Assembly (NCBI GenBank): GCA_019058315.1
Contig: JAHPZH010000003.1
Span: 300,451-364,450 of the forward strand
DNA: 64,000 bases
DNA from: Candidatus Helarchaeota archaeon
GTDB lineage: Archaea; Asgardarchaeota; Lokiarchaeia; Helarchaeales; RDOG01
Direction of reading: 5' to 3'
Under the pieces are notes generated by a model. The model worked only from the letters and a program-made list of their open reading frames with translations, did no database searches and had not been told where the DNA came from. Positions 38,042 to 48,463 of the stretch are shown piece after piece (positions within the stretch are counted from its first letter, which is position 1; each line of letters opens with the position of its first letter). The translations under genes were made by a program, and so were the position numbers.

Positions 38042-38662
38042 TTAGTAAAGCCCTTTTAAATCAGACGTTCCAAACTCAAGTAAGTTTCGAAGTTTTTTTA
38101 CTTTTTCTTCGAGTTCAGTAATAGCAGTTTCTAATGTAAGGTATGACTCTCCGAAATTTAGATCTGCTGGATCTAGGTCATCTTTAATACCTTTTAATTC
38201 TTCTAAAAATGTTGTATTATGTTGAATACGCTCTTGGATTTTAGCTATATAATCTTCATTTATTAATTCAGTGCAAGCTCCAATTGTTTCTGCGTCACCT
38301 GCTAGAAATTCTGAATATTTATCGTTTTTTTCGATAAGTTCTGGTTCCCATAGATCTGGCAATCGGTTATCTTTTTTTAATTCATCAATAATTTCAGCAC
38401 TATACATATTTTCTCCTATGAAGCGCAATCCAAGCTCTCCAGTAATCAATATATTAGCTTGGCTATCGTAGACTACTGCGTGCTTTTTTTGGTATTCCAA
38501 ATCTCCGTCATTTACTTGAATAATTTTAGCCAAAATAGTAAAATTTCCGCAACTATATGATTCACCACGATCCATCGCATCTGCTAATAGTTTAATAGTA
38601 TTTTCTTTTTCTAGATCTTGTTCATCATACGTTTCAGGTATTAAGTCCATAAAAAAATTCAT
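38042..38662 (-). CDS. Hypothetical protein
   Basis: 206-aa acidic ORF with a C-terminal coiled coil. Confidence 0.7.
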   Translation of the reverse strand: MNFFMDLIPETYDEQDLEKENTIKLLADAMDRGESYSCGNFTILAKIIQVNDGDLEYQKKHAVVYDSQANILITGELGLRFIGENMYSAEIIDELKKDNRLPDLWEPELIEKNDKYSEFLAGDAETIGACTELINEDYIAKIQERIQHNTTFLEELKGIKDDLDPADLNFGESYLTLETAITELEEKVKKLRNLLEFGTSDLKGLY

Positions 38663-38838
38663 CCAAGCTGTTTTTTATGGTTTAGTGCATTCTTAAAAAG
38701 TCAATAATAAAATTCGTGTTATAATATGTATTTCATTGGTTACTTATAAAGGATTATTATCGGTTCTGTTTAAGAATTTCAAACTTGAACCTAGGTAAAA
38801 CTGCTGTCATTTTTATATTGATATCATAATATTCTTAG

Positions 38839-39672
38839 TTGATGTCATCTGAGCAAATTCCTATTGGAAGATTTTCACAAATTACGAGGCTAACACAAAA
38901 AGCTCTAAGAATTTATGATGAACGAGGAATATTAATTCCAGACGTGAAGGATCCTATAACTGGTTATCGTTATTATACCACATCGCAAATTGAAAAAGCG
39001 TTGAAAGTAAAATATTTGATTGAAATTGGGTTTAATCTTTCTGAAACTAATGAATTATTAAATGCAATGGAAATAGCTAACCATGATCTAATCAAAGAAA
39101 TGTTTTCCAAGAAATTATTAGAAGTAAAACATGAAATTATAAGATTAAAGAAAATTGAGGAAATTTTGCTCGAAAATACATCAATTGAGGTTTTATTTAT
39201 GAACACTACTGAACCTGTTATTAAAAATGTCTCTAAGATGAGAGTAATAAGTAAAAGAGAAAAAGGAACATATAGTAACACTATAAATAAACTAATTGGT
39301 GAAATAATGGGACAGATTTTTAAACCAGATAATCAAAAAGAGCGAGTTACCATCATTGGACCACCAATGTTTATATGTCATGATAAAGGTTACAATGATG
39401 TAGATGCAGATATTGAAATTGCCGTCCCAATAACTGGAAGAGTCAACGTTGAACAAGATTTTGAAGTAAAATACTTGGAAGGAGGAAAAGTAGTTTCCAC
39501 TATCCATACTGGGTCATATGGTAATCTAAGTGAAGCCTATACAAGGGTTTTTGAATATTCTAGAAAGAATGGTTTAAAGATCGCTGGACTTACTAGGGAA
39601 ATATATCTAACAAATCCAAATGAAAAACCTGAAAATGAATTATTAACAGAAATTCAACTTCCGATAGAATAA
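38839..39672 (+). CDS. MerR-family regulator with GyrI-like effector domain (BmrR-like)
   Basis: IGRFS...KALRIYD..G...P...TGYRYY; HTGSY...AY; REIYL...TEIQLP. Confidence 0.92.
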   Translation: MMSSEQIPIGRFSQITRLTQKALRIYDERGILIPDVKDPITGYRYYTTSQIEKALKVKYLIEIGFNLSETNELLNAMEIANHDLIKEMFSKKLLEVKHEIIRLKKIEEILLENTSIEVLFMNTTEPVIKNVSKMRVISKREKGTYSNTINKLIGEIMGQIFKPDNQKERVTIIGPPMFICHDKGYNDVDADIEIAVPITGRVNVEQDFEVKYLEGGKVVSTIHTGSYGNLSEAYTRVFEYSRKNGLKIAGLTREIYLTNPNEKPENELLTEIQLPIE

Positions 39673-39785
39673 TTTTTTTTAAGTCTATTTTTGCAAAACT
39701 TTTACCTAGGGTAGAATCTTAGATGTTTTATATGGGAATAAGAATTGAAAATTGGATACCTTAGGAAATTAAAGAAAAAAGTAAA

Positions 39786-40487
39786 TTAGATTGTTTCATA
39801 ATATGGAGCTTTTTTTATAAATCCAATAATCATGGTTAGAAAACCAGCTAGCCAAATTATCATAGCAGGCCAAACGGCATCAGTATAAATTCCTGCAAGC
39901 CTAATGCCCAACTGACCTAATACTGAATGAATTAAATGAGCTACGAGAATAATTGTCATCCCAGAGCCTATTAAAAGTGGATGAATATTTGGAAGTCTAT
40001 GTTGGTGATAACAGAAGAAAAATGTGAAAACAAATATTAAATACATGGGAAGACCGATCACAACTAATAAAATATCCATAATAGCTATATTAACGAAGGC
40101 AGCAATAAGAATTGCTATTTCTGTGAAAATTATCCACATGATAATGCTCAATAAGATCCTTTTTTTATGTGTGGGAAACCACACCACTAGTAAAATTGTG
40201 AAATTTAATCCATAAACTACGGTATTTAGATTTAAATCTATTAAATATGCAATTTGTCCAATAGGACTCTCAATCGATACAATAGGATAGAAAGCTACAA
40301 AATATAATTCAATTGGAGTATAGATACACATAATTATCAAAACAAATGCAAAAATAAATGGCAAGTCTGAGTAATATCTAACTTTTCCTTTATACCACTG
40401 TCGAAGAAGTATGATCGCTCCTATTGGATATAATACCAATCTTCCAATTAACAAAAAGGTTACCAATAATTGTCCTGTGCTAATCAT
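39786..40487 (-). CDS. Polytopic (about 7 TM) membrane protein
   Basis: Hydrophobic helices throughout; ends GFIKKAPY. Confidence 0.75.
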   Translation of the reverse strand: MISTGQLLVTFLLIGRLVLYPIGAIILLRQWYKGKVRYYSDLPFIFAFVLIIMCIYTPIELYFVAFYPIVSIESPIGQIAYLIDLNLNTVVYGLNFTILLVVWFPTHKKRILLSIIMWIIFTEIAILIAAFVNIAIMDILLVVIGLPMYLIFVFTFFFCYHQHRLPNIHPLLIGSGMTIILVAHLIHSVLGQLGIRLAGIYTDAVWPAMIIWLAGFLTMIIGFIKKAPYYETI

Positions 40488-40588
40488 TATGATTTCTCCT
40501 TAAATTATTAAACAATTTATCTCTATAACAATATATAAACTCCATTCAAAATCAAAATTTATTTAAAAACTCTATATATACTTTATTC

Positions 40589-41491
40589 ATGAATTATGTT
40601 GAGCCAGTGTACCGTCCACCTTCTGAAGGTCGAAGTTTATTAGTGCAGTGCACAATTGGATGCAGTCAAGCAGCACGAGGATGTTGTTATTTTTGCGGAT
40701 CTTATTTAATGCAAAAAATGATGCCGAAAAAAAGATTTAGAGTTAGACCTATTAAAGAAATATTAGATGATATAATATCTGCAAGATTGCATTATGGAGA
40801 AAGAGTTCGCAGAGTATTTCTTTTAGATTCAAATGCATTAGTAATGAAAACAGAAGATTTATTAACTATAATTACAGCTTTTTACAGAACATTTCCTTAT
40901 TTAGAAAGAGTTTCGACTTATGCTTGTGCTATTGATATTTTAAGAAAATCTGAAGAAGATTTAAAGAAATTATCAGATGCTGGATTAAAAATTTTATATA
41001 TAGGAGTGGAATCAGGGGACGAACAAGTTCTTCAAGATGTAAATAAGGGGGTAAATGTTGAAGAAACCATAAAAGCTTCTAAAAAAGCGATAGATGCAGG
41101 ATTTATCATATCTATAACTGTTATTCTGGGATTAGGAGGAAAAAAAAGAACTAAAGAACATGCCATAAATACTGGGAAAATCATTTCTGCAATAAATCCA
41201 CATTATTTAGGAGCTCTGACCCTGATGGTTGTTCCTGGAACTCCAATTCACGATAAAATACGAAAAAAAGAGTTTCTTCAATTAGATACTCATAAATTAT
41301 TGGAAGAAATGAAACTTATGGTTGAAAATATTAACGTAAATCGTGATTGCATTTTCAGAACTAATCATGCATCTAATTATCTCCCAATAAAAGGAACTTT
41401 ACCTCAAGATAAAGCTAAATTATTGGACATTATTAAGCAAGCTCTTGAAAATAAAGTTCCTTTACGTCCTGAATTTTTGAGAGGTTTATAA
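40589..41491 (+). CDS. Radical SAM protein
   Basis: VYRPPSE..S...Q.TIGC...CYFC, VFLLD, YIGVESG and FRTNHASNYL motifs. Confidence 0.88.
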   Translation: MNYVEPVYRPPSEGRSLLVQCTIGCSQAARGCCYFCGSYLMQKMMPKKRFRVRPIKEILDDIISARLHYGERVRRVFLLDSNALVMKTEDLLTIITAFYRTFPYLERVSTYACAIDILRKSEEDLKKLSDAGLKILYIGVESGDEQVLQDVNKGVNVEETIKASKKAIDAGFIISITVILGLGGKKRTKEHAINTGKIISAINPHYLGALTLMVVPGTPIHDKIRKKEFLQLDTHKLLEEMKLMVENINVNRDCIFRTNHASNYLPIKGTLPQDKAKLLDIIKQALENKVPLRPEFLRGL

Positions 41492-41518
41492 TCCATCTAT
41501 TTTTAATGAGGATTTGAT

Positions 41519-44152
41519 ATGTTAGATGAAATTTTGCAAAGTAAATCGAAAAATAAATTAGTCAAATGGTTAGACAAAAAAAATTTTTTTTATCCAGGAA
41601 CTAAAATTCTATTTAAGATCATTAGATTAATTTTTAATCTAAAGGGCGTTCAAATTTGTTCAATAGGACAATCTCATTTGGATGCCTGTTGGCGTTGGGT
41701 TAGAAAAGATACAATTAGAAAGAATTATATTACTTTTAGAAATGCATTAGAACACATTGAAATGTTTCCATTTTTTAAGTTTTCTTGCTCTTCACCTCAA
41801 TATTTTGAATGGATGGAAAGATATTTTCCTAAAATATTTAAAAAAATTCAACAAAGAGTAAAGGAAGAGCGAATTGAGTTGCTCGGGGGGATGTGGATAG
41901 AGCCTGATATGAATTTAATTAGTGGAGAGTCGATTGTTAGACAAAGATTATATGGTCAAAGATATTATTTATCAAGGTTCGGAAAAGTTAGTGAAGTTGC
42001 TTGGCTAAGCGATACATTTGGGTATAATTGGCAATTACCCCAAGTCTTGGCAAAAAGTGGTGGAAAATATTTCTACACCAATAAAATGTGTTGGAATTCT
42101 GAAAATGAATTTCCATTTAGTATCTTCTATTGGAAATCTCCAGATGGTTCAAAAATTTTAACATATTCATTTCCTTATTCAATTAATTTGTTTGCTCAAG
42201 ATCCCAATATTGGAGGGTTTAAAAGACTTTGTAGTTTCTTATCAAAGTCTGATTTAGAATTTAATTATAATTTTAATTTTGAGAAAATTAAAAGAATGAA
42301 AACCAAAAAACATGTGAAAGAACTTGGATTGGTTTATGGAATTGGTGATGGTGGAGGAGGTCCATTACTTGAGGAAATAATAATATTAAAGGATTTAATG
42401 AGACAAGGGCAAAATAAATTTATAACAGCATTAGATTACTTTAAAATATTAGAAACCTATGGAAATTTCCCAATTTGGAACGATGAATTATACTTAGAAT
42501 TTCATAGGGGAGTTTACACAACTCATGCATGGATTAAAGACACAAATAGAAGAATGGAAATAAAATTAAAAAATTTAGAGATAATTTCTACTCTTTCTAC
42601 TTTTTTTGGATTTAAATATCCAAAGGTAGAAAATCTTTGGCGACTTCTGCTCTTTAATCAATTCCATGATATTTTACCTGGTTCGAGTATCCCAGAAGTA
42701 TATGAAGAATCAAAAGAAGATTTTAAAAAGATCAAAGAAAAAGCGAATAAAATTGAAAAAGATGGGTTAGAAAATCTTTTAAAAAATATAAACACTACTG
42801 ATTTTGAGAATCCTCTTGTAATATTTAACACATTAAATTGGGATAGAACAGGAATTGTTGAATTACCATTCAATAAAGAAAATATTTCAGTATTAGATAG
42901 CGAAAATAATGAACTTACAACACAAATAATTGAGAAAAAGGATAAACAATTTTTATTATTTAATGCTTCGATTCCTAGTTTAGGTTACTCCGTATTTAAC
43001 TTGATCAAATCTAAAACTACTCCCAATAACCAAACTGATTTGGAAATTCGAGATGAGAAAAATTTCATTTCTTTAGAAAATAGTTACATGATTATTCGAA
43101 TTAATAAGAAACATGGTTATATTTCTAGTATATACCATAAAATTTTAGATAAAGAAATCATTTCTGGAAAAGCAAATTGGATTCAATTATACAAAGATGA
43201 TCTTCCCAAAGATTCGGCTTGGAATATTGATAGAAATTATTATAAAAAATTAATAGAAATACCCGAACCAAATAAAATTGAAATATCAGACCGGGGACCA
43301 ATATTAGCTACTGTTAAAATATATAGAAAGTACAATAATTCAAAATTTGTTCAAATTATCAAATTATATTCTCAAATTGACCTTCTAGAATTTAATTTGG
43401 ATTTAGATTTTAACGAAAAAAAACGAATTTTAAAAGTTGCCTTTCCACTAAATATAAAAACTGAAGAATTTTATTCTGAAATACCATTTGGAGTGATTTC
43501 AAGACCAACTAATCCTAAGTTTGAATCTCAATCTGGAAGATGGGAAGTTCCTGCTCAGAAATGGATAGACCTATCAAATGATGATTTCGGGGTTACTTTG
43601 ATCAATTATTCTAAATATGGATTTAATGTCATTGGAAATGTTCTTAAAATGACAGTTTTAAGAACACCTCAATATCCAAGGGCTGGCGGGCCTCTGCAAA
43701 TTAGTGATTTAAGAAAAATTACTGATTTAGGAAAACACTCTATTAAGTATGCATTAAAAATTCATAAAGGAAAAGAATTTGCAATCAAGGAAGCCCATGA
43801 ATTTAATGATGAGTTTTTAGTATCCAAAATTTCTCCTCATAAGGGAATATTACCAAAAAAGTTATCATTTTTAAGTATTGAACCAAATACCATAATTTTA
43901 AGTGCATTTAAATCATATGAGGACAGAAAAAGTGATGAATCAAGATTTATTTTACGAATTTACGAAGCTTGTGGAAATCAAACAACATGTAAAATAAATT
44001 TTGCATCTAATTTCAAAATCTCGGAAGTCTTTGAAACAGATCTTTTAGAATTTAATCCTAAAAAAATAAATAAGCATAATGAAGATACAATCGAGGTTGA
44101 ATTGGGAAAATTTGAAATTAAAACTTTATTAATAACATTGAAATTAAGTTAG
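41519..44152 (+). CDS. Alpha-mannosidase, glycoside hydrolase family 38
   Basis: SHLDACWRW, GGMWIEPD, DTFGY, GDGGGGP, ELYLEFHRG and NQFHDILPGS motifs. Confidence 0.93.
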   Translation: MLDEILQSKSKNKLVKWLDKKNFFYPGTKILFKIIRLIFNLKGVQICSIGQSHLDACWRWVRKDTIRKNYITFRNALEHIEMFPFFKFSCSSPQYFEWMERYFPKIFKKIQQRVKEERIELLGGMWIEPDMNLISGESIVRQRLYGQRYYLSRFGKVSEVAWLSDTFGYNWQLPQVLAKSGGKYFYTNKMCWNSENEFPFSIFYWKSPDGSKILTYSFPYSINLFAQDPNIGGFKRLCSFLSKSDLEFNYNFNFEKIKRMKTKKHVKELGLVYGIGDGGGGPLLEEIIILKDLMRQGQNKFITALDYFKILETYGNFPIWNDELYLEFHRGVYTTHAWIKDTNRRMEIKLKNLEIISTLSTFFGFKYPKVENLWRLLLFNQFHDILPGSSIPEVYEESKEDFKKIKEKANKIEKDGLENLLKNINTTDFENPLVIFNTLNWDRTGIVELPFNKENISVLDSENNELTTQIIEKKDKQFLLFNASIPSLGYSVFNLIKSKTTPNNQTDLEIRDEKNFISLENSYMIIRINKKHGYISSIYHKILDKEIISGKANWIQLYKDDLPKDSAWNIDRNYYKKLIEIPEPNKIEISDRGPILATVKIYRKYNNSKFVQIIKLYSQIDLLEFNLDLDFNEKKRILKVAFPLNIKTEEFYSEIPFGVISRPTNPKFESQSGRWEVPAQKWIDLSNDDFGVTLINYSKYGFNVIGNVLKMTVLRTPQYPRAGGPLQISDLRKITDLGKHSIKYALKIHKGKEFAIKEAHEFNDEFLVSKISPHKGILPKKLSFLSIEPNTIILSAFKSYEDRKSDESRFILRIYEACGNQTTCKINFASNFKISEVFETDLLEFNPKKINKHNEDTIEVELGKFEIKTLLITLKLS

Positions 44153-44355
44153 AATCATTAAAAATTCAGCCCAGAAATCTCTAATTTTCTTCAAAGTTCT
44201 AATAAGAATTCAATTAAAAACGAAAAACTTGAAAATTTTATTTTTAAGAGGAATGGCTTTAGAACTATAAATTTATTCCTCAAACAAAAAATTAAAAAAA
44301 CAACTTAATTTCAATTACCTATATTATTTCTTAAAAAAAAACTCGATGACTTAAA

Positions 44356-45804
44356 ATGGAGAGAAGAACGTCAACAATTTTAATAGTATGTATTGTAATT
44401 GGTGCTTTTGGAGTTACAATTGGAATTATTACTATGGCAAAACCTGAATCCCTAAATCCTATAATTCTTTTTCTTGCAAATCCTTCTAAAACAAGTCATC
44501 CTACCTCAAATGTGTGGACTTGGGTGTCTGGAACTAGTGAAATTAACCAGTTGGGAATCTATGGTAAGAAAGGTTTAGCTGCTAGTAGCAACTTTCCCGG
44601 AGCGAGAGACAGAAGTATCTCTTGGATAGACTCGAATGATACATTATGGCTCTTCGGGGGAGTTGGTTATAATAATCTTTCAGGTCCAGGTTATCTTAAT
44701 GACTTATGGAAATTTGATGGTATATACTGGACTTGGGTATCTGGGACTCATTTACTTGGTGAAGTGGGAACCTACGGTACGCAAGGTTTACCCACAGCCA
44801 TCAACATACCTGGAGCAAGATGTAATAGCATCTCTTGGATAGACTCGAATGATAACTTCTGGCTCTTTGGTGGATATGGACGTGATAGTGTAGGTGATAG
44901 TGGCTATCTTAATGACCTATGGATGTTTAATACCACTACTGGCTGGTGGACATGGGTTTCAGGAAATAATACAATAAATCAAAATGGAACCTATGGCATA
45001 AAAAGCGTAACTGCAACCAGCAATGTTCCCGGATCAAGAAGAAGAAGTATCTCTTGGATAGACTCGAATGATACGTTATGGCTCTTTGGAGGAGATGGAT
45101 ACAACAATGAAAGCAGCGGTTATCTTAATGATTTATGGAATTTCAATGGTACACACTGGACGTGGGTTTCTGGAACTCATTTAATTCAACAGCCAGGAAA
45201 CTACGGCATGAAAGGCGTGCCTACAGCCGGTAATGTTCCCGGAGCAAGGGACAGAAGTATCTCTTGGATAGACTCGAATGATACGCTATGGCTCTTTGGG
45301 GGATGGGGATATACCAATGTAAGCGGTGGTTTTCTTAATGACCTGTGGAAATTCAATATCACTACACTTGAATGGACTTGGGTGTCCGGAAATTATACAA
45401 CGAATCAGTTGGGAAATTACAGCACGAAAGGCGTGCCTACTGCCAGTACCGTTCCTGGAGCGAGACATTATAGTTTCTCTTGGATAGATATGAATGATAA
45501 TCTATGGCTCTTCGGCGGAGAAGGATATAACAATGTAACTGGTGGTTCAAGTTTTTATCTTAATGACTTGTGGAAATTTAATACTACTACTCTTGAATGG
45601 ACTTGGATGTCTGGAACTCATTTATTACAACAGCAAGGAAATTACGGCAGTAAAGGTGTGGCTGCTGCCAACAACATTCCTGGTGCAAGATATGCTAGTA
45701 TCACTTTTACAGACTCGAAGAATACTCTCTGGCTCTTCGGGGGATATGGATATGATAGTGAAGGGAATGATGGTTATCTAAATGACTTGTGGAAATTCCA
45801 CTGA
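44356..45804 (+). CDS. Membrane-anchored Kelch-like six-bladed beta-propeller
   Basis: N-terminal TM; six repeats of about 72 aa (WTWVSG...PGAR...LWLFGG.G...LNDLWKF); many N-x-S/T sequons. Confidence 0.88.
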   Translation: MERRTSTILIVCIVIGAFGVTIGIITMAKPESLNPIILFLANPSKTSHPTSNVWTWVSGTSEINQLGIYGKKGLAASSNFPGARDRSISWIDSNDTLWLFGGVGYNNLSGPGYLNDLWKFDGIYWTWVSGTHLLGEVGTYGTQGLPTAINIPGARCNSISWIDSNDNFWLFGGYGRDSVGDSGYLNDLWMFNTTTGWWTWVSGNNTINQNGTYGIKSVTATSNVPGSRRRSISWIDSNDTLWLFGGDGYNNESSGYLNDLWNFNGTHWTWVSGTHLIQQPGNYGMKGVPTAGNVPGARDRSISWIDSNDTLWLFGGWGYTNVSGGFLNDLWKFNITTLEWTWVSGNYTTNQLGNYSTKGVPTASTVPGARHYSFSWIDMNDNLWLFGGEGYNNVTGGSSFYLNDLWKFNTTTLEWTWMSGTHLLQQQGNYGSKGVAAANNIPGARYASITFTDSKNTLWLFGGYGYDSEGNDGYLNDLWKFH

Positions 45805-45881
45805 CTCTACAAAAGCTTTAATTTTCCTTTTTTTTTAAATTTAATAAATTAAATAAATATAATTAAATCGGAATAATATAT

Positions 45882-46709
45882 GTGAGGTGTTTCATGAAAT
45901 CCATTTTATTGACTAACGACGACGGAATCGATAGTCCTTGCCTTCAATACTTAAAAGATGTGCTATCTGATTTAGCAGAAGTTACAATCGTAGCCCCAAA
46001 AAGTGAGAAATCTTGGTGTGGAAAAGAAATAACTCGCTTTGGTGAATTTGTTGTAGAGGATTATGGAAAGATGGGATATGCAGTTGCAGGAACCCCAGCA
46101 GATTGTGTATTAATTGGTATATTTCATATTTTGAATAAAGATAAAAGACCTAATTTAGTTATTTCTGGGATAAATGTAGGGGCCAATGCAGGAGATTCGT
46201 TTATTCTTTCTTCGGGAACAGTCGGAGCAGCAATAGAGGCGGCTCTTTTAGGTATACCAGCAATTGCTATAAGTATTTTAATTCCTAACAAACATAAGAA
46301 AAACCTTGAAAGTTGTGATGTGGATGTTAAATATTTCGAAGTTGCAGCTACTCTTACAAAGAAAATTGCAAAACAAATTCTAGAAGTCAATAATAAAGAT
46401 TTACCATCTAATTTACTTATAATTAATGTCCCCTTCAATGCTACCAACGATACAAAAATAAAGATAACATCGGTTGGTGAAGCACATTATGGTTCTATAT
46501 TTAGAGAGCTTAAAGAAAAGGGAGAGAAAAATAAAAAGATTTATAGATTTGGAGCTAAGAATCCCAAAGGGGCTAAATTTCGTATAGACCTCAAAGGTTC
46601 CGATATTAGAGCTTTATTGTTTGAAAGAAATATTTCAATTACTCCTATCTCACTCAAATTAACGGGAGATATGGAAAAAACAAGAATTTTCTTTAAAGAT
46701 TTATTATAA
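45882..46709 (+). CDS. surE: 5'/3'-nucleotidase SurE
   Basis: ILLTNDDG, VAP, GTPADCV, SGIN.G.N, SGTVGAA.EA and ISITP motifs; probable start is the ATG at 45894. Confidence 0.92.
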   Translation: MRCFMKSILLTNDDGIDSPCLQYLKDVLSDLAEVTIVAPKSEKSWCGKEITRFGEFVVEDYGKMGYAVAGTPADCVLIGIFHILNKDKRPNLVISGINVGANAGDSFILSSGTVGAAIEAALLGIPAIAISILIPNKHKKNLESCDVDVKYFEVAATLTKKIAKQILEVNNKDLPSNLLIINVPFNATNDTKIKITSVGEAHYGSIFRELKEKGEKNKKIYRFGAKNPKGAKFRIDLKGSDIRALLFERNISITPISLKLTGDMEKTRIFFKDLL

Positions 46710-46937
46710 TTAGTTCTTTTTATTTAAAATTCATTATACAATTAATTCTTTTAATAATATGCTTAGTGTTAAATTGAATACATTTTTGATCTAAAGCACA
46801 TTATATCAAATATAGTCGCAAATAACTCGAATCATTCGAAACATTTATCAATTCTTTCTTTATTTAAAATTTGAGTTTATTAAACTCATTATCTAAATAA
46901 TAATTATCGGGTTTTATTGTGAAATAGAGGGTTTCAA

Positions 46938-47384
46938 ATGACTAGAATCCGTATAATGACAGAGAAGGATATTGACATAGCAAAACAATTGATGAAAGCT
47001 TTAGTAAATGAAATGAATGAACAATTTAATGAAGATCGATGGAATGAATCGATAAATAGAAGGCTTTCTGATGAAGAAATTTTTGGAATTTATTTTACTT
47101 TAATTGCTGAAGAAAATAGTAAGATTTGTGGTATTGCATTTTCAGAAGTGAGAGAAGAAATCCCCGGTTCAGTCATATATGGATATATAAGTAATGTTTA
47201 TGTAACCCCAGAAGAGAGAAAAAAGGGTATTGGTTCACAACTTCTCAAAGAATCTATTAGTAGCTTAAGAAGAACTAATGTTTCTAAAATACGCTTAAAT
47301 ATTAAAAGTACAATGGGCGATGCTTTGAAATTAGTTGAAAAGGTAGGATTTAAAGAAATTTCCAAAACTATGGAAATCAAGTAA
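46938..47384 (+). CDS. GNAT acetyltransferase, paralogue of 35945..36436
   Basis: V.PEERKKGIGSQL; shares DI..AK.LM..L and FNE.RW with the first GNAT. Confidence 0.88.
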   Translation: MTRIRIMTEKDIDIAKQLMKALVNEMNEQFNEDRWNESINRRLSDEEIFGIYFTLIAEENSKICGIAFSEVREEIPGSVIYGYISNVYVTPEERKKGIGSQLLKESISSLRRTNVSKIRLNIKSTMGDALKLVEKVGFKEISKTMEIK

Positions 47385-47398
47385 TATAATCTATCTAG

Positions 47399-48256
47399 CT
47401 ATTTAGTTCTTTTTCTTATTATAAGCCAGATTATTAGAATATCAACCATAATTAATATCACAATAATTATATACATTCCAATAATGCTTCTTATCCAAGA
47501 GATATTAATAGAAATTAAAAAGGAATTAAAAGTAAAAGTAAGAATAATTATTGTAATGTTTCTTAATTGTTCATATTCAGGATCATTAGCATCGGGAAGA
47601 AAACTCAATAAAGAAAATGTAGATATTGCTATCCAGGACATAATGAAAAATACTAAATCATTAAAAATTGTTAAAAATTCCAGTCCGCGGTTCAAACTTA
47701 AATTCCATGCAATAAAAGTTAATCCAGTTGAGATAAATTCATTCTTTATTTCGTGTATTAAAGGTGATAGGTAGCCAAATGTTGTTATTGAAATTCCTAT
47801 CATAAATAATAAAATTCCAAATTTTTTTCGGAAATTTATGGATTTTAAAAAGGGAGTTATGCCAAACATATAAATTCCAAAAATAATTTCCCAAATAATC
47901 AATAAAATTAAGATGGTTGGGTGAGTAGGTAAATAAAATAAAACCAAAGAAATTAAGAACAAATCAAAATTTATTGTGAAAGGGATTAATGCTTTAGTTT
48001 CCCAAGGGGAATCAAGTACAAATATAAGACCAAAAGTGAAAGTGCTTACTATAAATATTGCTGCAAATATGAATAAAAATGTCTGATGAAAAAAGGGTTC
48101 AATAAATACAAAGGATATTACAGCGAAACTTAGCAGAAATGCAAATCCTGAATGTTTTATCCTTTCTTCTATAAATTTATCTTGTGGTATTTTAATATAT
48201 ACTATAAAGACCGCAATCCAAATTGCTAGGAGGATAATCGTGAATAAATTAACCAT
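47399..48256 (-). CDS. Polytopic membrane protein, function unknown
   Basis: About 9-10 hydrophobic segments. Confidence 0.7.
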   Translation of the reverse strand: MVNLFTIILLAIWIAVFIVYIKIPQDKFIEERIKHSGFAFLLSFAVISFVFIEPFFHQTFLFIFAAIFIVSTFTFGLIFVLDSPWETKALIPFTINFDLFLISLVLFYLPTHPTILILLIIWEIIFGIYMFGITPFLKSINFRKKFGILLFMIGISITTFGYLSPLIHEIKNEFISTGLTFIAWNLSLNRGLEFLTIFNDLVFFIMSWIAISTFSLLSFLPDANDPEYEQLRNITIIILTFTFNSFLISINISWIRSIIGMYIIIVILIMVDILIIWLIIRKRTK

Positions 48257-48463
48257 TAAGTTTTCATCTCTAAAAAAAATTATATGCTTTAATTTTCAAT
48301 TTTGTTCTTATAATTTTTCTATCTATATTTTTTCCTTTTCTTTTAATTTTTTCAATTCTTCAAAAAGTTCTTTAAATTTTTGAATCAATGAAAAATGTTA
48401 TTAACACAACAAAATAAAATAATTAAAAGAAATTTAATTGTGAATAAGTAATTAAAAGGAGTT

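Noticed and set aside
38790-39710. 11-bp inverted repeat (cctaggtaaaa / ttttacctagg) flanking the MerR gene
   Set aside because: Short, with no transposase or target-site duplication; plausible by chance, although a regulator site cannot be excluded.
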